Part shown: positions 27,498 through 39,500 of the stretch, in pieces
Layout: each line of letters opens with the position of its first letter
How positions within the stretch are numbered: the first letter of the stretch is position 1
DNA from: Amphiscolops sp. MND2022
Taxonomy: Eukaryota
DNA: 64,000 bases
Direction: 5' to 3'
NCBI GenBank assembly: GCA_964187785.1
Contig: OZ076409.1
Location: 69,628,001 to 69,692,000 of the forward strand
Notes under the pieces: generated by a model
The model's database searches: none
What the model saw: only the letters and a program-made list of their open reading frames with translations
What the model was told of the DNA's origin: nothing
Made by a program: the position numbers and the translations under genes

Positions 27498-28009
27498 TTA
27501 GTCGGCGTTTTCGAAGAAAATCCCGACTCTTACAGTGGCTAGTTTTTTTGTGGCTAGTTCACAGTGGCTAGTTCAACGCGTAACGTCCACTTTTTTGTTC
27601 ATTTGTTCAACATCTTACTTAGCCGAGGTAAACCCGGATATTACTTCGAATATATTGTTTCAAAGTTCCCATGGTTCAAAGTTTGGATATAACGTTTTCA
27701 AAGTTCGGATGTTCGGATATAACGTTTTCAAAGTTCCGACATAACCTTTTTTTCGGCATTGAGACTCAGTTTTTTAAGCATTGAGACTTTTTCTCAATTT
27801 TTTTTCACCAAAAGTGCCCCTCCAATTTTTTTGACGATTTTCGACAGAATGGATGAAAAATCTAAAAGTGTCCCCTCTGGTGCGCCAATTCGGTTCAACT
27901 TTTGGGTTTTTTTTGGCTGCCGTAGAAGAGAATACTTTGACACTTTCAAGTCCTTTTGCTGTTTTTGAGCCTTAGATATGGCTCCGACTTGAGCTGTTCC
28001 CGGCTTGTT
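27498..28009 (+). mobile_element. Helentron/DINE-1-like non-autonomous element, family A
   Basis: Same termini as the other copies; internal tandem of about 30 bp (GGATATAACGTTTTCAAAGTT). Confidence 0.75.
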
Positions 28010-28232
28010 CCATCTTGGTATCCTCTGGTTTGTATGATTGCAGCGCCAAATTTCAGCTGAAACAATGATGCGAGAATTTGGCATTCAAGTCGACTATTAT
28101 GGATTAGGCAATTTCCTGCAGATGGTTGATTCGACCTGCCGGTGGAAGAAACGCAGGGACACGTATGCTTACCACTGATTATCTAGCACCGCTTTTTGTG
28201 AAGCTCAGTTGGACTACTGATGACTCGGTGAC

Positions 28233-29164
28233 TGTGAGAACGAGTCACGTTCGTGTTAATAACGGTGTTGAGACCGCTACATTCGGTCGTCGGTGTTGAT
28301 ATTTTCTCGGTAAGGGCTAACACAATGTTTGTTAATTCGCTGATTTGTTTATTCATCTCCATAAAACGTTGATCAACGGAAGTTGAGCTAGAATTTTGTC
28401 TAACATTGATTAAATCTCCATTCTCGAATTCATTCATCTGGTTTCTAGATAAAGTGTTAGGAAAACTATATTCACTTTCGTTGTCACTATTCTGTTCCAT
28501 TCCGCTGGAACATGCAGCATAACTATCTACGTTTTGAGATCTGGTATTGACCATCTTTGAATCTTCGAAAGGAATTGTTGTTTTTGAAGGTTTATTGATT
28601 TTAATAGGAAATATGAATAATCAAGTTTCGACTAAGTCAATGAGGTAAGCAACGCTACGTTAGGCTGTGTAAAACTTCGTACTGCTGATACTTCAACTCT
28701 TGTCGCAAATTTCACTGCAGTTGGTCACGTGACCGCATTGGCCAATAGTATTGCGCTATTGATTAGGTGTTAATTGGTGCGTCCTGCTGGTAGCAACGTA
28801 AATGGTGTTTTGTACAAAAGGTAGCACCAATATGTTACCATGGTTACATGAATCATCTATCATTTGCGTTGGTTGATACAAATTGCGTCTATGATGGTGC
28901 ACTACCAACGTTATATATGATACTACATTTTACTGATGAAATTAAATATGGTGAAAGCACTTGTACGAAGCGTGTAATGAGTAAATGATGTCAACGTTTA
29001 CAATTCGTTTTTTATTTTAGGAAGTAATAATAATGATGGGATAGGCCTGTCATTGTTCAATGGTAATTTATGGTTATTGAAATATCAAGAGTATTATATT
29101 TAACTGAATTTTTTAAATGTTTAGATTGTTTTTTATCAGTTTCATTCATGCTTCCGGCATGACA
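28233..29164 (-). repeat. 3' LTR (932 bp)
   Basis: Near-identical copy of 42741-43671, preceded by the PPT on the - strand. Confidence 0.96.
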
Positions 29165-29177
29165 CTCCCCCTCTTTT
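29165..29177 (-). other. Polypurine tract
   Basis: AAAAGAGGGGGAG abuts the TGT start of the 3' LTR. Confidence 0.9.
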
Positions 29178-30198
29178 AAAGAAAAGGCGAAGTGTAGGGG
29201 TCTTCGGAAATCTGGTAGCGGGAAGGTGAGGTAAATGTGGTAGCTTCACTTATGCAGTAAGTATTGGCTGTTAAATCTTCCTACGAGGGTGATTTGGCTG
29301 GTGTAGTGACCTCAACTACTTTTGGACTGTCCGTTACGGATGATGTCATAGCAACCACGTCGGTATTGATGAGTTGCATTGATGGCTTTGAGTACTCGGC
29401 TTGTTTGGGACCAATTGTTACTTCGATTCGGTACAGCAATTGAGAGGAAAAGAATGAGTTTAGCGTAACGAGTGAACCACTTCGGTAAATAGTAATTGTA
29501 GAGTCGGTGTGGCGAGAGTAGCCACGTCATCCAATTGTGCGCTTCGTTTGTAGTGAGAGTTTAAGAAAGAATGAATTTGCCGGAAATTAGTTGAACGTGG
29601 CAGCGTGATATAATTACTCGGCTCATTCTGTAACTGTTCGGAAGTAAATGTAGTGGAACATCGTACGCTTTGTCAACAAATCTTCGTCGGTGCTAAATAC
29701 GAGAGTAGAAGTAAGCTTGGTTACGGTTGATTCAGTTACTGATTGAAGTTGTTATTATCCAGTTAGCGATATACCAGGTGGATGTGATTTGACTAGCGGT
29801 AAATCGGTTCAGTGAATGCTGTCTGCATCTAGGTTACTCTGCGTGGAAAACCTCAATTGCAGCGTAGTAAGACTTCCGAATTTGGCATTTTGTTTTCTTG
29901 TTTTTCTCTTTTTCCCCTTCTTTTCTTTAGTTTTGAGTAGGATCCAGCGATCTTTAGTTTTTCGAACGCAACCGTTCTTTGAGTTCGAATTTTTTCCTAA
30001 TGAATTAATTTCGAGTAAATTCGGTTGAAATTTCTCTTTGTGATATTCCGGTGTCTTGTGAACACGGAGGGTGTGGGTGATCAGACCACATCTCGTATTG
30101 TCAAAGACGCTGAAGCCTGGTAGATCGCGAATTCTACAGTTATAGATCCTTGTTGTCTCGTTTGCCATTTGTTGTTCGTGATTAATTCCATTACTTGG

Positions 30199-33100
30199 AT
30201 GTTATCCCCTGAGTTGTCTGAAGAAGAAGTTGCATCGATTGTGATAGCCGCGGAAGGCGCGCTAGCTGAGATGTCAAATTTGGAGCAATTATCAGATGAA
30301 GAAGGTTTCCAAGCCTCAGTTGATACGTTGTTGGAAGGAGAGACACCATCTGTGTGCTGCCAGTTTGCTCAGCGTGTGACTTCGTCTAATGTAGAGGCTG
30401 CTACTACTTTGTTGGAGATAGCTCTCTCCAGTGAATTCCGTAAGTAAATCCGTAGTTATCGTTTTTCCTTCTTTTGGCTACTGAGACGGTCTTTCAACGT
30501 GTTTGTTGTTGTGTGCTTTGTAGTTAGGGCTAAACTAGTCAAGGTAATTGAAATGTTTGTTGCATTGGTATTTGTGTACTGTAGTTACCAACGTCTTGAC
30601 TAAAAGGACTTCCCTGGAACTATTACCTTGGGTAGACTTCTGGGCATTGCTCATGGTACTCATAGGTTAGATTGTACCATGTATGTTGCAGAATCTTTGA
30701 GTCTGACCGATATCGTCGCCGCTCTACGACGAATGCTTCAACAGAATGAGCCTCCAGTAGTTGCATCTCCCGCGAGTGCCGTCGAGACTGGGCTCCGGAA
30801 TTATGTATACAGCCAAACTGGTAAGTCTGTTCGCTAACTGGTTCGTTATTGTAACGATGGTGTTATATGATCGTTACTGCTCCGTACGGCGTGTCGGTTG
30901 TTTATGGTTGGCTTCGAGATGCACTCTCGTTTACACGATGTGTAGTACTCTGCGTTGTTATCTTTTGGTTGGGATGTTTCCAGGTACAGCGTTGGGTGAC
31001 TTGTTAACTCTAGACGACGTCGTTGCTGCTATCGCTCGACTGCAAAAGGAGTTGTCCGGCGTGGTTAAGGCCACCATCGAATCCACTCTTGGTCAGCTCG
31101 GGACAGTTGGGGCAATGGCTGTGGATGAGTTTGTTGGTCAACTGACTGCAGCAGTTTCCCGTTTAGTCCCTGCTAGTGGCTTGAAAGCAACCGTGCCTGG
31201 GGAGGATGCCCCCCTCATCTCGTCATCATCATCTGTGGGTGTTGCGCCAGTTTAAGGTGATGCTCAAAAAGACTTGTCAGTCGTAAGCCGGACGGCATCG
31301 ATGGTTCCTTCCATTTTTGGAGAGGGAACCGTAGCAGGATCCTCCAGTGCAGGGAAAGTGGCTGCTGCTAAACCTGGTAAGAATCTCAAAAAGATCATGG
31401 GCGGGGTTTTAGTGAACAATAATGTTAAGATTATCAAGAGACAAGACTAGATATATATGTTTTTTTTTGTTTTTGTTTTTTTTGTTTTTTGTGTATATGT
31501 ATATGGGACTATTTAACGCGTTGTGTGTTTGCGTTCTAGCTCGTGCTCGGAAGATCAAGACGCTCAAGCCGTCTTACTTTGTTTCTGGCGTCGTGGGGAC
31601 CTTCGTTGGGTTCCCCCGGAACAAGCGTGTGATTGACGGTTACGCTCGCTGTTTACTTTGTCGTGCGGATTTGAGCATTGCAGGACGTGGTCTGTCGTCG
31701 TTATGGGATCACTGGAAAGGAGTTGAACACACCCGATTGGAGCAAAAGTACAGGATTATGACACACAGGCCATTGCTGGACAAGTCTTGCAGACTAGTAT
31801 CTGCAGACGAAGATAGACGGATCAGACGTGCTCGTCTGACCGAACCGCCGGTCTTTCTAGAGTCTGTGCTGAAGTTAACTGTGGAGGAGCGAATAGCTAT
31901 TGAGGAGGCAGAGGCTGAAGAAGGCGCGCGTCCCCAATTGCAGGACGAAAGTGTGAATTACTTGTGGCTGAGTAATTTCGTCTCAAGTTTTCTGACTGTG
32001 ACGTCCTTTGATGGGGTGCTCCGGTCACTGGACTCATGGAGGGACTGTATGGCCAACGAACTTCGTTTTGAGTGCCGTACTCTGACCTACTCTCGTTGTC
32101 AGGTAAAAATTGGATTTTGCAGTCATTATTAAGTTGTACTGGCTACTTAGGTAACTTGCTAGTCACGTGGTTGTTATCGGTGCATTGTAACGCTTTTCGG
32201 GTACGGGTGTTGTGCCACGTCATCCCAGTTCTTGCGTGTCTCAAAGACAGAACTCAATTGAAGACGATTGCGGTGGAAGGTGACGTACATGTTGGGCGGG
32301 CGTTGGCTGCAGTGGTTTCGCCTAAGACTCCTCTCGTGGTGGGGTTGATTACGCAGCGGTCAGTGTTCAACGAGGTACAAAAACAGTTTCTCGCAGAGTT
32401 CGCGGGTCTAGATCCTCTCAGTGTCCTGGAATACTTTCGTGTGAGGCTGATGTCCGTTGCTCAAGAGGGTTTCTTAGACCGTTTGCCGTTATTGCAGCGG
32501 GTTAGTAAAAAAACCCCCTTTTTTTGTTTTTTCTTTTTTTTGTATTTGGGTCATGGCATTTGCGTAGGTTTTCGATTGTTTGGCTCTGGTAAAAAGGTAG
32601 ATCGTGTTCTTGTTTTGTAGTATATTCGACTTGGTGGAGATGACGTGTCCCAACTTGCACTGGTTTGCGCAGAAGTGGTGGACTATTGGAATGATTTGGC
32701 GCTGTACTTTGGTACTCATAGACCGGGAGTGACGTCGGAACTGCGTCCGATTACTCCACTAGAAAGTCAGGTGTTCGAGGATGCACTGATTCGGCCTCGT
32801 TTTGCTGTGCTGCGCTTAGTGCTAGATTTGAGTGAGTATGGGTTTATATGCTGTTGATCGGATACTCATTTGAGTACATGTGTAGCTGTAATTTTGTATG
32901 TTGAATATGGTCCAAAATTAGGTTAAGTGGGGACGTATGGAGCTAAAATTTCGCGTGTACAGTTTGGTGTGTAACCCATTGGTGTTGTGTTTTAGTGGTT
33001 AAGCACTGCCCTAGTTTGTGTAGACGTGGACGCGATTATGGAATTGTCTCGGAACGGGAACTGGCTCACCTTTTGCGTGGACTAATGAAGTTTATCTATC

Positions 33101-34359
33101 CGGCTCACAGTATTCCAGCGGAGTACGATATCGCTGCCTTGTTGAAAAATGTGGACCGGGAGTATGCCGACGTAGACTCTAACATGTACAGATTACATTT
33201 CGGGCAGTACTTCCGTTTTGACATCAGCACTCAACTGCCTTTCATTTACAAATCTGTCCAGAAAATGTTAGTCGGTATATGTCGTGGATTGAGCGGATTG
33301 TGGCAGCGTACGTGGCCCCAGCATTTGAGCTTGACTCCATTTGATCCGGTTCTCATTCATAGTGGGTCGGATGACCGCTGTGTCGACTCCTTAGTAGCAA
33401 CTTGTGCTGTGTTGACTGCTCATGGGCTTGTGGGACTAGATGATGGCGAAGTAGTTCAACAACAATATCGCGAAGTCACCCAATTTTTCAAGAGACGCTG
33501 GGCCTCTACTGCGGAAGAACTACCAGTAGTGGAGGACATTTTCGCGTTGTGGATGTCGTATCCTCACTGGGAGCGATGCGAACAATTGCGGCGGCAGGTC
33601 ATCGATCTGGCTTTCAGTGCAGTGGCCACTAGTTCGTACCTGGCGGATTTTGTGGATGACGTCGGCGGAGCTTTGGATCCTGATGAACTGGCTTCAAGTG
33701 TGCATTTCGTCCGGAGTTGGTTCAGTCAGTCTTTTGTGGGGAAATCGCGTCGTCAACTACGTGGTTTGTTGCGTGTCATTGAGACAACTGACATGCAAGT
33801 GTCTCGCTTAAACGATAGCGTTCGCGCTAAACCGTGGGATCAACTCCTCAAAGTTGGACTGGATCAAACGTTGTCCTTGTGTGTATCCGTGTTGGACAAT
33901 GGTCCTGATACTGCAGTCGTTCCGGTGGTGGATGAGTATCGTTCGACAGTACTTGCGCAGTTGAACGTTATGGCGGTAATGGCAACGAGCCCTACCCGTG
34001 TAGCGACGGGTTCTAAAGCGATGCCATCCAGTACAGACGCGAAATCCAAACGGCCCCGCAGTCAGTCTGATGTAAAGTTGAAGACTCCCAAGAAGACGCC
34101 TAACGTGGCTACGGTTGGAACCTCTAAATCTACTGGGCGAACGAGAGGCGTTGTGGTCAGTCGACGAGGTCATAGTGCAGCGGTGAAGTCTGGAAAAGGA
34201 CAGCGAACTGGCGCGAAACCGCATGCATCTAAGAGACTTGTATTATCTACGGCGGCATGTGAGGCTTCAGATCATGGTAGTCAATCGTCCAGTGACGATG
34301 TGCCACTGTCTACTACTAAGCGGACGAAGCAGGTCATCCGTGATTCACCGGATGAATAG
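30199..34359 (+). CDS. Spliced antisense accessory gene inside the retrotransposon; about 1066-aa protein with a BED-like zinc finger (this copy has one nonsense codon)
   Basis: Model: 30199-30439, 30692-30820, 30984-31376, 31540-32102, about 32201-32500, 32621-32831, 32996-34359 (3201 nt, phases compatible). Donors are gtaagt, gtaagt, gtaaga, gtaaaa, gttagt and gtgagt; acceptors are T-rich. There is an in-frame TAA at 31253-31255, and the acceptor at 32200 reads ttttcgg (presumed AG>GG change). The 5' end is tentative. Confidence 0.72.
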
Positions 34360-36508
34360 TTGTCAACTAGACATGCTGTTGAGCGTGTATTTGTCAGTTT
34401 GTTGTTTGCTAAAATGATTTGTACCATCCTGAATGTTTTGCTTCTGAACGTGTAGTTTGTATATTTTTTTGTTGATTTATCGCAGGAGCGTTTTTATGTG
34501 TATCGGGAGTCACAAGGTGCTAGTTGCGTTATCCGGTAACCTCCTTCCCTACTTGTTGAACTTGTGGTTATTTTACATGTTTTAGAACGTTGAGCTTATT
34601 TTTCAGTTTTCATTTCGATGATATTTGTTTCATTCTGCATACTTGTTGTGTTGTTCTTTTTTCATGATTTGTAGTATTCAGTTGTTGTTGGTCCATGACC
34701 TTTGACTAAGTTTTGTTTTACTTCCAATGACCTTAGTACAGTTGAATTTACATGTTGCCTACGTTATACAAATTTTTTACCCTAATTTGCATGTAAACTT
34801 AGGTAGCTGGTTTCAAAATGTTAGAGCGATAGACTCAGCTTCGCAAGTCATTCAAGTTCTAGTAGAGTAGTCGCCGAGGTAACTACCATTGAAAAGCTCT
34901 CACTCACCAAGTGCCATCCTCGTGTCAGCGTTATTCATGATAATGGCCTACATATGACAGAGGTGGAAGCTTGGTGGGTGGGTGGAGTCGCTCAACTCCT
35001 ACAGATGATTTGAACTTTTGAGTAGCTGCTTTTATAGTGCTTTAGTTGGTTGTTTGACAGGTGTTTACCAACTTAGGTGTCATTCCAATCTGTCAGTTCA
35101 TGTCGAGTTTTACATATATTTATTTCTCATGTAGCGTTATTCTTGACGTCGTCATCGTTGATGTGTGTCATGCGACGTCATCACTCGTGTCGTGTGTCAA
35201 GTGTTAACGTCAATCTTAATGGTAGATGGGTTTCCCCATAGCCATTAAACTTTTTGACAAGGGATGGTGAGTTCCATCCCTTGTTACGATTTTTCGGTGA
35301 TGTAGTGATTAAGCCTGCATGTTTTTTGTTGTTCTGTCCTTCCCGCCGCGAGGCGAAGCCTACGCATCAACAGTAGGAACGAAAGTGTCATGGCCTGAAT
35401 TCGATGCAAAGATGACGACTGCGTTTTACTGTCCTAGGAAAAGTTTTATATGTTGTTCATTGGATTGGGAAGGTTATTTGCCGTCGCAAAAACCCACACA
35501 AAACTAACACCGAATCCACTTGCTAAAGAGCAAGCTTCATCTGAATGTTTGTACAACCACACAGACGCGCATTTGACGACGCACCCACACAGCCGAACCA
35601 CATCATGATTTCCTGAGCGGAAGTGCGGGACTAGATTTTGGCGGCGTAACTTAACTAAGGCAGCTATCTCTTTTGCATGTTCGGTTGTGTGCTGTTACTT
35701 TTGCTAATTTTGGTTTATTACTGTCGTCATAAGGTTGGTAAGTACAGAATTGTAAAGCAATTCCTTTGAAAGTGTGTGGTTGGGATTTTCTGTGAATTGC
35801 ATAAATTAGCAACTCATTTGCATGCGTTTTACATGTACTTAATATTTTCCGGTTAACGTGATGTGGTGTGTATGACTGAATTGCATGTATTTACTTTTGC
35901 GCTCAGATGTCTCGGTAGAGAGTAACAATATACTCTGCCGGTAAACTCAAGTATGTTGGACAGTGAGTATCAGTCGTCACTGAATGGCGTAAAGTAATCC
36001 ATACAATTTAAAGGTATGACTGATGCATGTGGTGATGTCAACTACCTTCAATTAATTGCATGTACATTTTTTCTTTATTTACGGTGAAAATGACGTGGTA
36101 TGTGTGGCAGCGTTAGGTGTTTCTTTTCGTTCATACTGCTGGTGGAATAGGGTGAGACGTTGAATAACACGTAGCGACGCAGTGTGCGGAACTGCGTAAC
36201 GGCTTTCTCGCCTGTTGTTCGTTAGCCGGTTAAGGGCGGAAATATGCTCTGGCCGGTAATTTTGAAAACTGATGAGTTTGAGTGTTAGGCGTTCATTATG
36301 GTATCATTCAGTATTGTTTTTTCTTTGTGTCTACTTGATTTAATTTACATGTATGTGTTACGAGATTCTCTCTTTTTTGTTTTTTTTGTAGAGAGTGTAG
36401 GACATTCCCATTTAATTTTTGCATGTGATATCACTTCTCGTGCCGATACGAGGCGAAGCCTACGAGTTGTCAGCAGGAGAGAACACAGATTTTATGTTTG
36501 CATGCATT

Positions 36509-39500
36509 TTAGTCGGTGGATTTGTCTTGCATGAATTTTAGCAGAGCCGGTTTGACTCGGAGTTCGTGAACTAAGAAGTTTCGGTAGGTTTTCGGTTGCG
36601 GTTCGGTTCGGAGGTTGTACCGTGTTGCGTTGTTAGGCGACGTTGTGTGGTCATGCTCATTATGAACTGTCGTTGTATGTTCAGTCACAGGTTCGTTTGT
36701 TTCAGTATCAGGTTCGTTGTTGGTGTCGTAATGAACAACTGAATTGTCAGGCGGTTGTTCGCAGGTTTCAGGTGAGCTCTCAGGAATTGGTTGCGTCAGC
36801 GTATGATCGTTCAATTTCCGTACATGCTCATAATAGATAATGCCGTGTTCATTATTGATTTCTTCTTGATCGGTTGTTTCCGGTGCCGGTTCCGCATACA
36901 AATGCTGAGGCATGTGGTCATTGAAGAGCGCTTGATCATCGGCCGCATCTGGGTCAGCGAACAAGCGATTTGAGTCTTCTTCAATGTCCGGTATTGGTGC
37001 GTTCGGTGTGAAAGGACGTAGTCGCATCCTATGCACGCACTGTGTTCGGAAGTTCCGACCTTCCTGATTATGTAGTTAAAGTTTGTCAGTACTTTAATTA
37101 CTTTGAAGGGACCTTCCCATTTGAAATCATGGAAGTTAATCTTGTCGGACTGCGTTGTGAGTTTAGGATTAAGCAGAAATGTGTAGTCGTTGACCTTCAA
37201 TGGTAACGCTTGGGCTTTACGGTCGTAGTACTTTTTGTACTTGTGGTATGCTTGCAGTATGTTATCATTGACTTGTTGGTATTTGCCGTTCACCTGGTCA
37301 ACTAATCTTGTTATATCAGTTTCCGTGGTTTCATATTTCAGAGGGTTACCGAATTTGAGGTCTAACGCGTTAAACGGAACTCTGCCGTGGAAGACTTCGC
37401 TCGGAGTGCACTTGAGTGATTGATGGTAGGTTGTGTTATGAGCCATTACTGCAAGATTAACGTACCTGTCCCATTGGGGGGAGTCGACAGAAATGTTAAT
37501 CTTCAGAATTTGTTTCAGTCTTTGGTGGGAACGCTCCACCATCCCTATGGTTTGGGCATGCTTTACAGTAGCGTGATCAATTTTGATTCCGGCAGTTTTC
37601 ATGATTTCGGTCATGATGTTGGATGTGAAAGCCGTGCCTTTGTCGGTGATAATTGTCTTCGGGACGTAGGCGTGTTGGGTGAATATTTGCATGAGCGCTT
37701 TTACAACCGAGTTAGTGTCTGGTTTCCGTATAGGTACAGCGAACAAATACCGTGAGAAGTAGTCGCACGCCGTCAGGATGTGCGTATATCCGTTTGAGTT
37801 AGGTAGTTCACCTACTAAATCGATTTCCAGTACGTCTTCCGGGCCGTTACAGGGGTCGTAGATTTTTTCCAGAGGAGGCATTAGTCGTCTTGGGTTAACA
37901 GGTTTTGCTTTGATGCACTCAATACAATTACTTACGTACTTTGACACGTGTTCACTCAGGCTTGGTATGTAGTAACGCTTACGGAGTTCTACCAACATTT
38001 TTGATGCCCCAGGGTGTCCCTGCATGGGGTCGCCATGCATTGTCCTGATTATGGGCATGGTAGTTTCTGGAGGTACTACGATTTGTTTAAGTAGAATTCC
38101 GCCAGTGTTATCAAAAAAGTTCCTGTACAGTACCTTGTTGACTACTTCAAGTCTTTTTTTGTTTTTTACCAGTTTTTGAAAAAAGGAGCTAGTAAAGTTA
38201 ACGTGGTTTGGTAGTGGTTCGTTGTCCATTAAAACGCGGACCATTTTTTGGACGTCTTGGTTACCTAACTGATCTTGGACGATTTGTGAATCCCCTTGCG
38301 GGCATACCTGATTTACCGGGTTAAGGTGGTGACGTCTGGTAAACCTCGTCAGTATGATGGAAGGGGTGTCTCCTGCCAGAACAGGTTCGAGGTGTCGGCT
38401 GATGATCTGAATCATCTTGAGACGTTCGTCGTCATGTGTTTGAAGGTTGTTCGCCATTGAGTTTAGTAGAGTCCGCATCTTGGTGAAGTCGTCTGCTGGA
38501 CCGGTGGTTTCAGACTGGTGTGTAGTGGGTATCGCTGCATCGGGTTGTTGTTGGTCTGGGTCGTAGTCTTCTTCGTCCTCGTCCTGTTTTGGGGTTTTGG
38601 CCGCAAGATCTATTTCGATGTGGTGGACTGGAATCTGGTCATTCAATTTCAAGTGAATTCTGTCTTCAGGGTTAATGTCTAATCGAGACAGGTAATCCGC
38701 CGCTGGGTTCTCGACTCCAGGGACGTGGGCGAGAACAAAGTCAAATTGAAGTGCTTGGTCACAATGGTTCCATAGTTTGGGTGGTATTCGTTTTGACTGG
38801 AAGAAGCGGGTCAGAGCCTTGTTATCTGTCATCACAATTGTGGGTTTTTTGACACCCCACAGTATGTGAGCAAATTCGTCGAAGGCGAAGTGCATTGCGA
38901 AGAATACTTTAGCATACATGGTCAATGACATTTGACCTTCCGTGAATCGTTGTGAGCCGAATGCTACAGGGGCGTACGTCTTCTTCTGTCCATCATTGGC
39001 TTCGGTGTAGTCCTCAATGAGGAGCACGTACCCTGCTGCGTGTTCACTCGCATCGCACATGATGACCAGTTGTTTGTCTGGTAGTGGTAGTCGCAGAGAT
39101 AGTTTTGCAGCTCGTGCCAGGTTCTGATTAATATCAAAAATTGCGTCCTTGTGAACCTGCGTCAGGGTGAACTTGATGTCTTTCTGTAGTAGTTTGTACA
39201 GAGGAACAAGTTTTTCTGCCAACATCGGTATTTACTGTCTGTAGAATTGTACGAATCCGATGTAGCGTTGTAGTGATTTGACTGACGTTGTTGTTTTCAA
39301 GTTGTTGGGGAATTTGTCGATCTTGTCCTCGAGTGGCGCAATCCCTTTGGTAGTGATGATTCTACCTAAGAACTCGATCTTCGGGTGACCAAAGGCGCAT
39401 TTTGACATCGACAGCTTTAGACCTGCCTTCTGAATCTGCTGGAAAACTGCTTCGATGTTAATTATCAGTTCGTCCACATTGTTGGCAGCAATCCCAATGT

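Noticed and set aside
28183..28554. Independent 123-aa gene
   Set aside because: It is the LTR-borne duplicate of the gag N-terminus running into flanking DNA.
32995..34359. The 454-aa ORF as an env gene
   Set aside because: It is antisense to gag-pol, shows no signal peptide or TM anchor, and begins at a splice acceptor as a terminal exon.
34800..36050. Further + strand exon-like segments downstream of the cargo gene
   Set aside because: The AG/GT-bounded segment 35907-36013 has stops in all three frames and the open stretch near 34860-35010 has no start or phased acceptor; no coding model could be built.
36265..36300. Hammerhead ribozyme core (CTGATGAG)
   Set aside because: No stem II followed by GAAA could be found.
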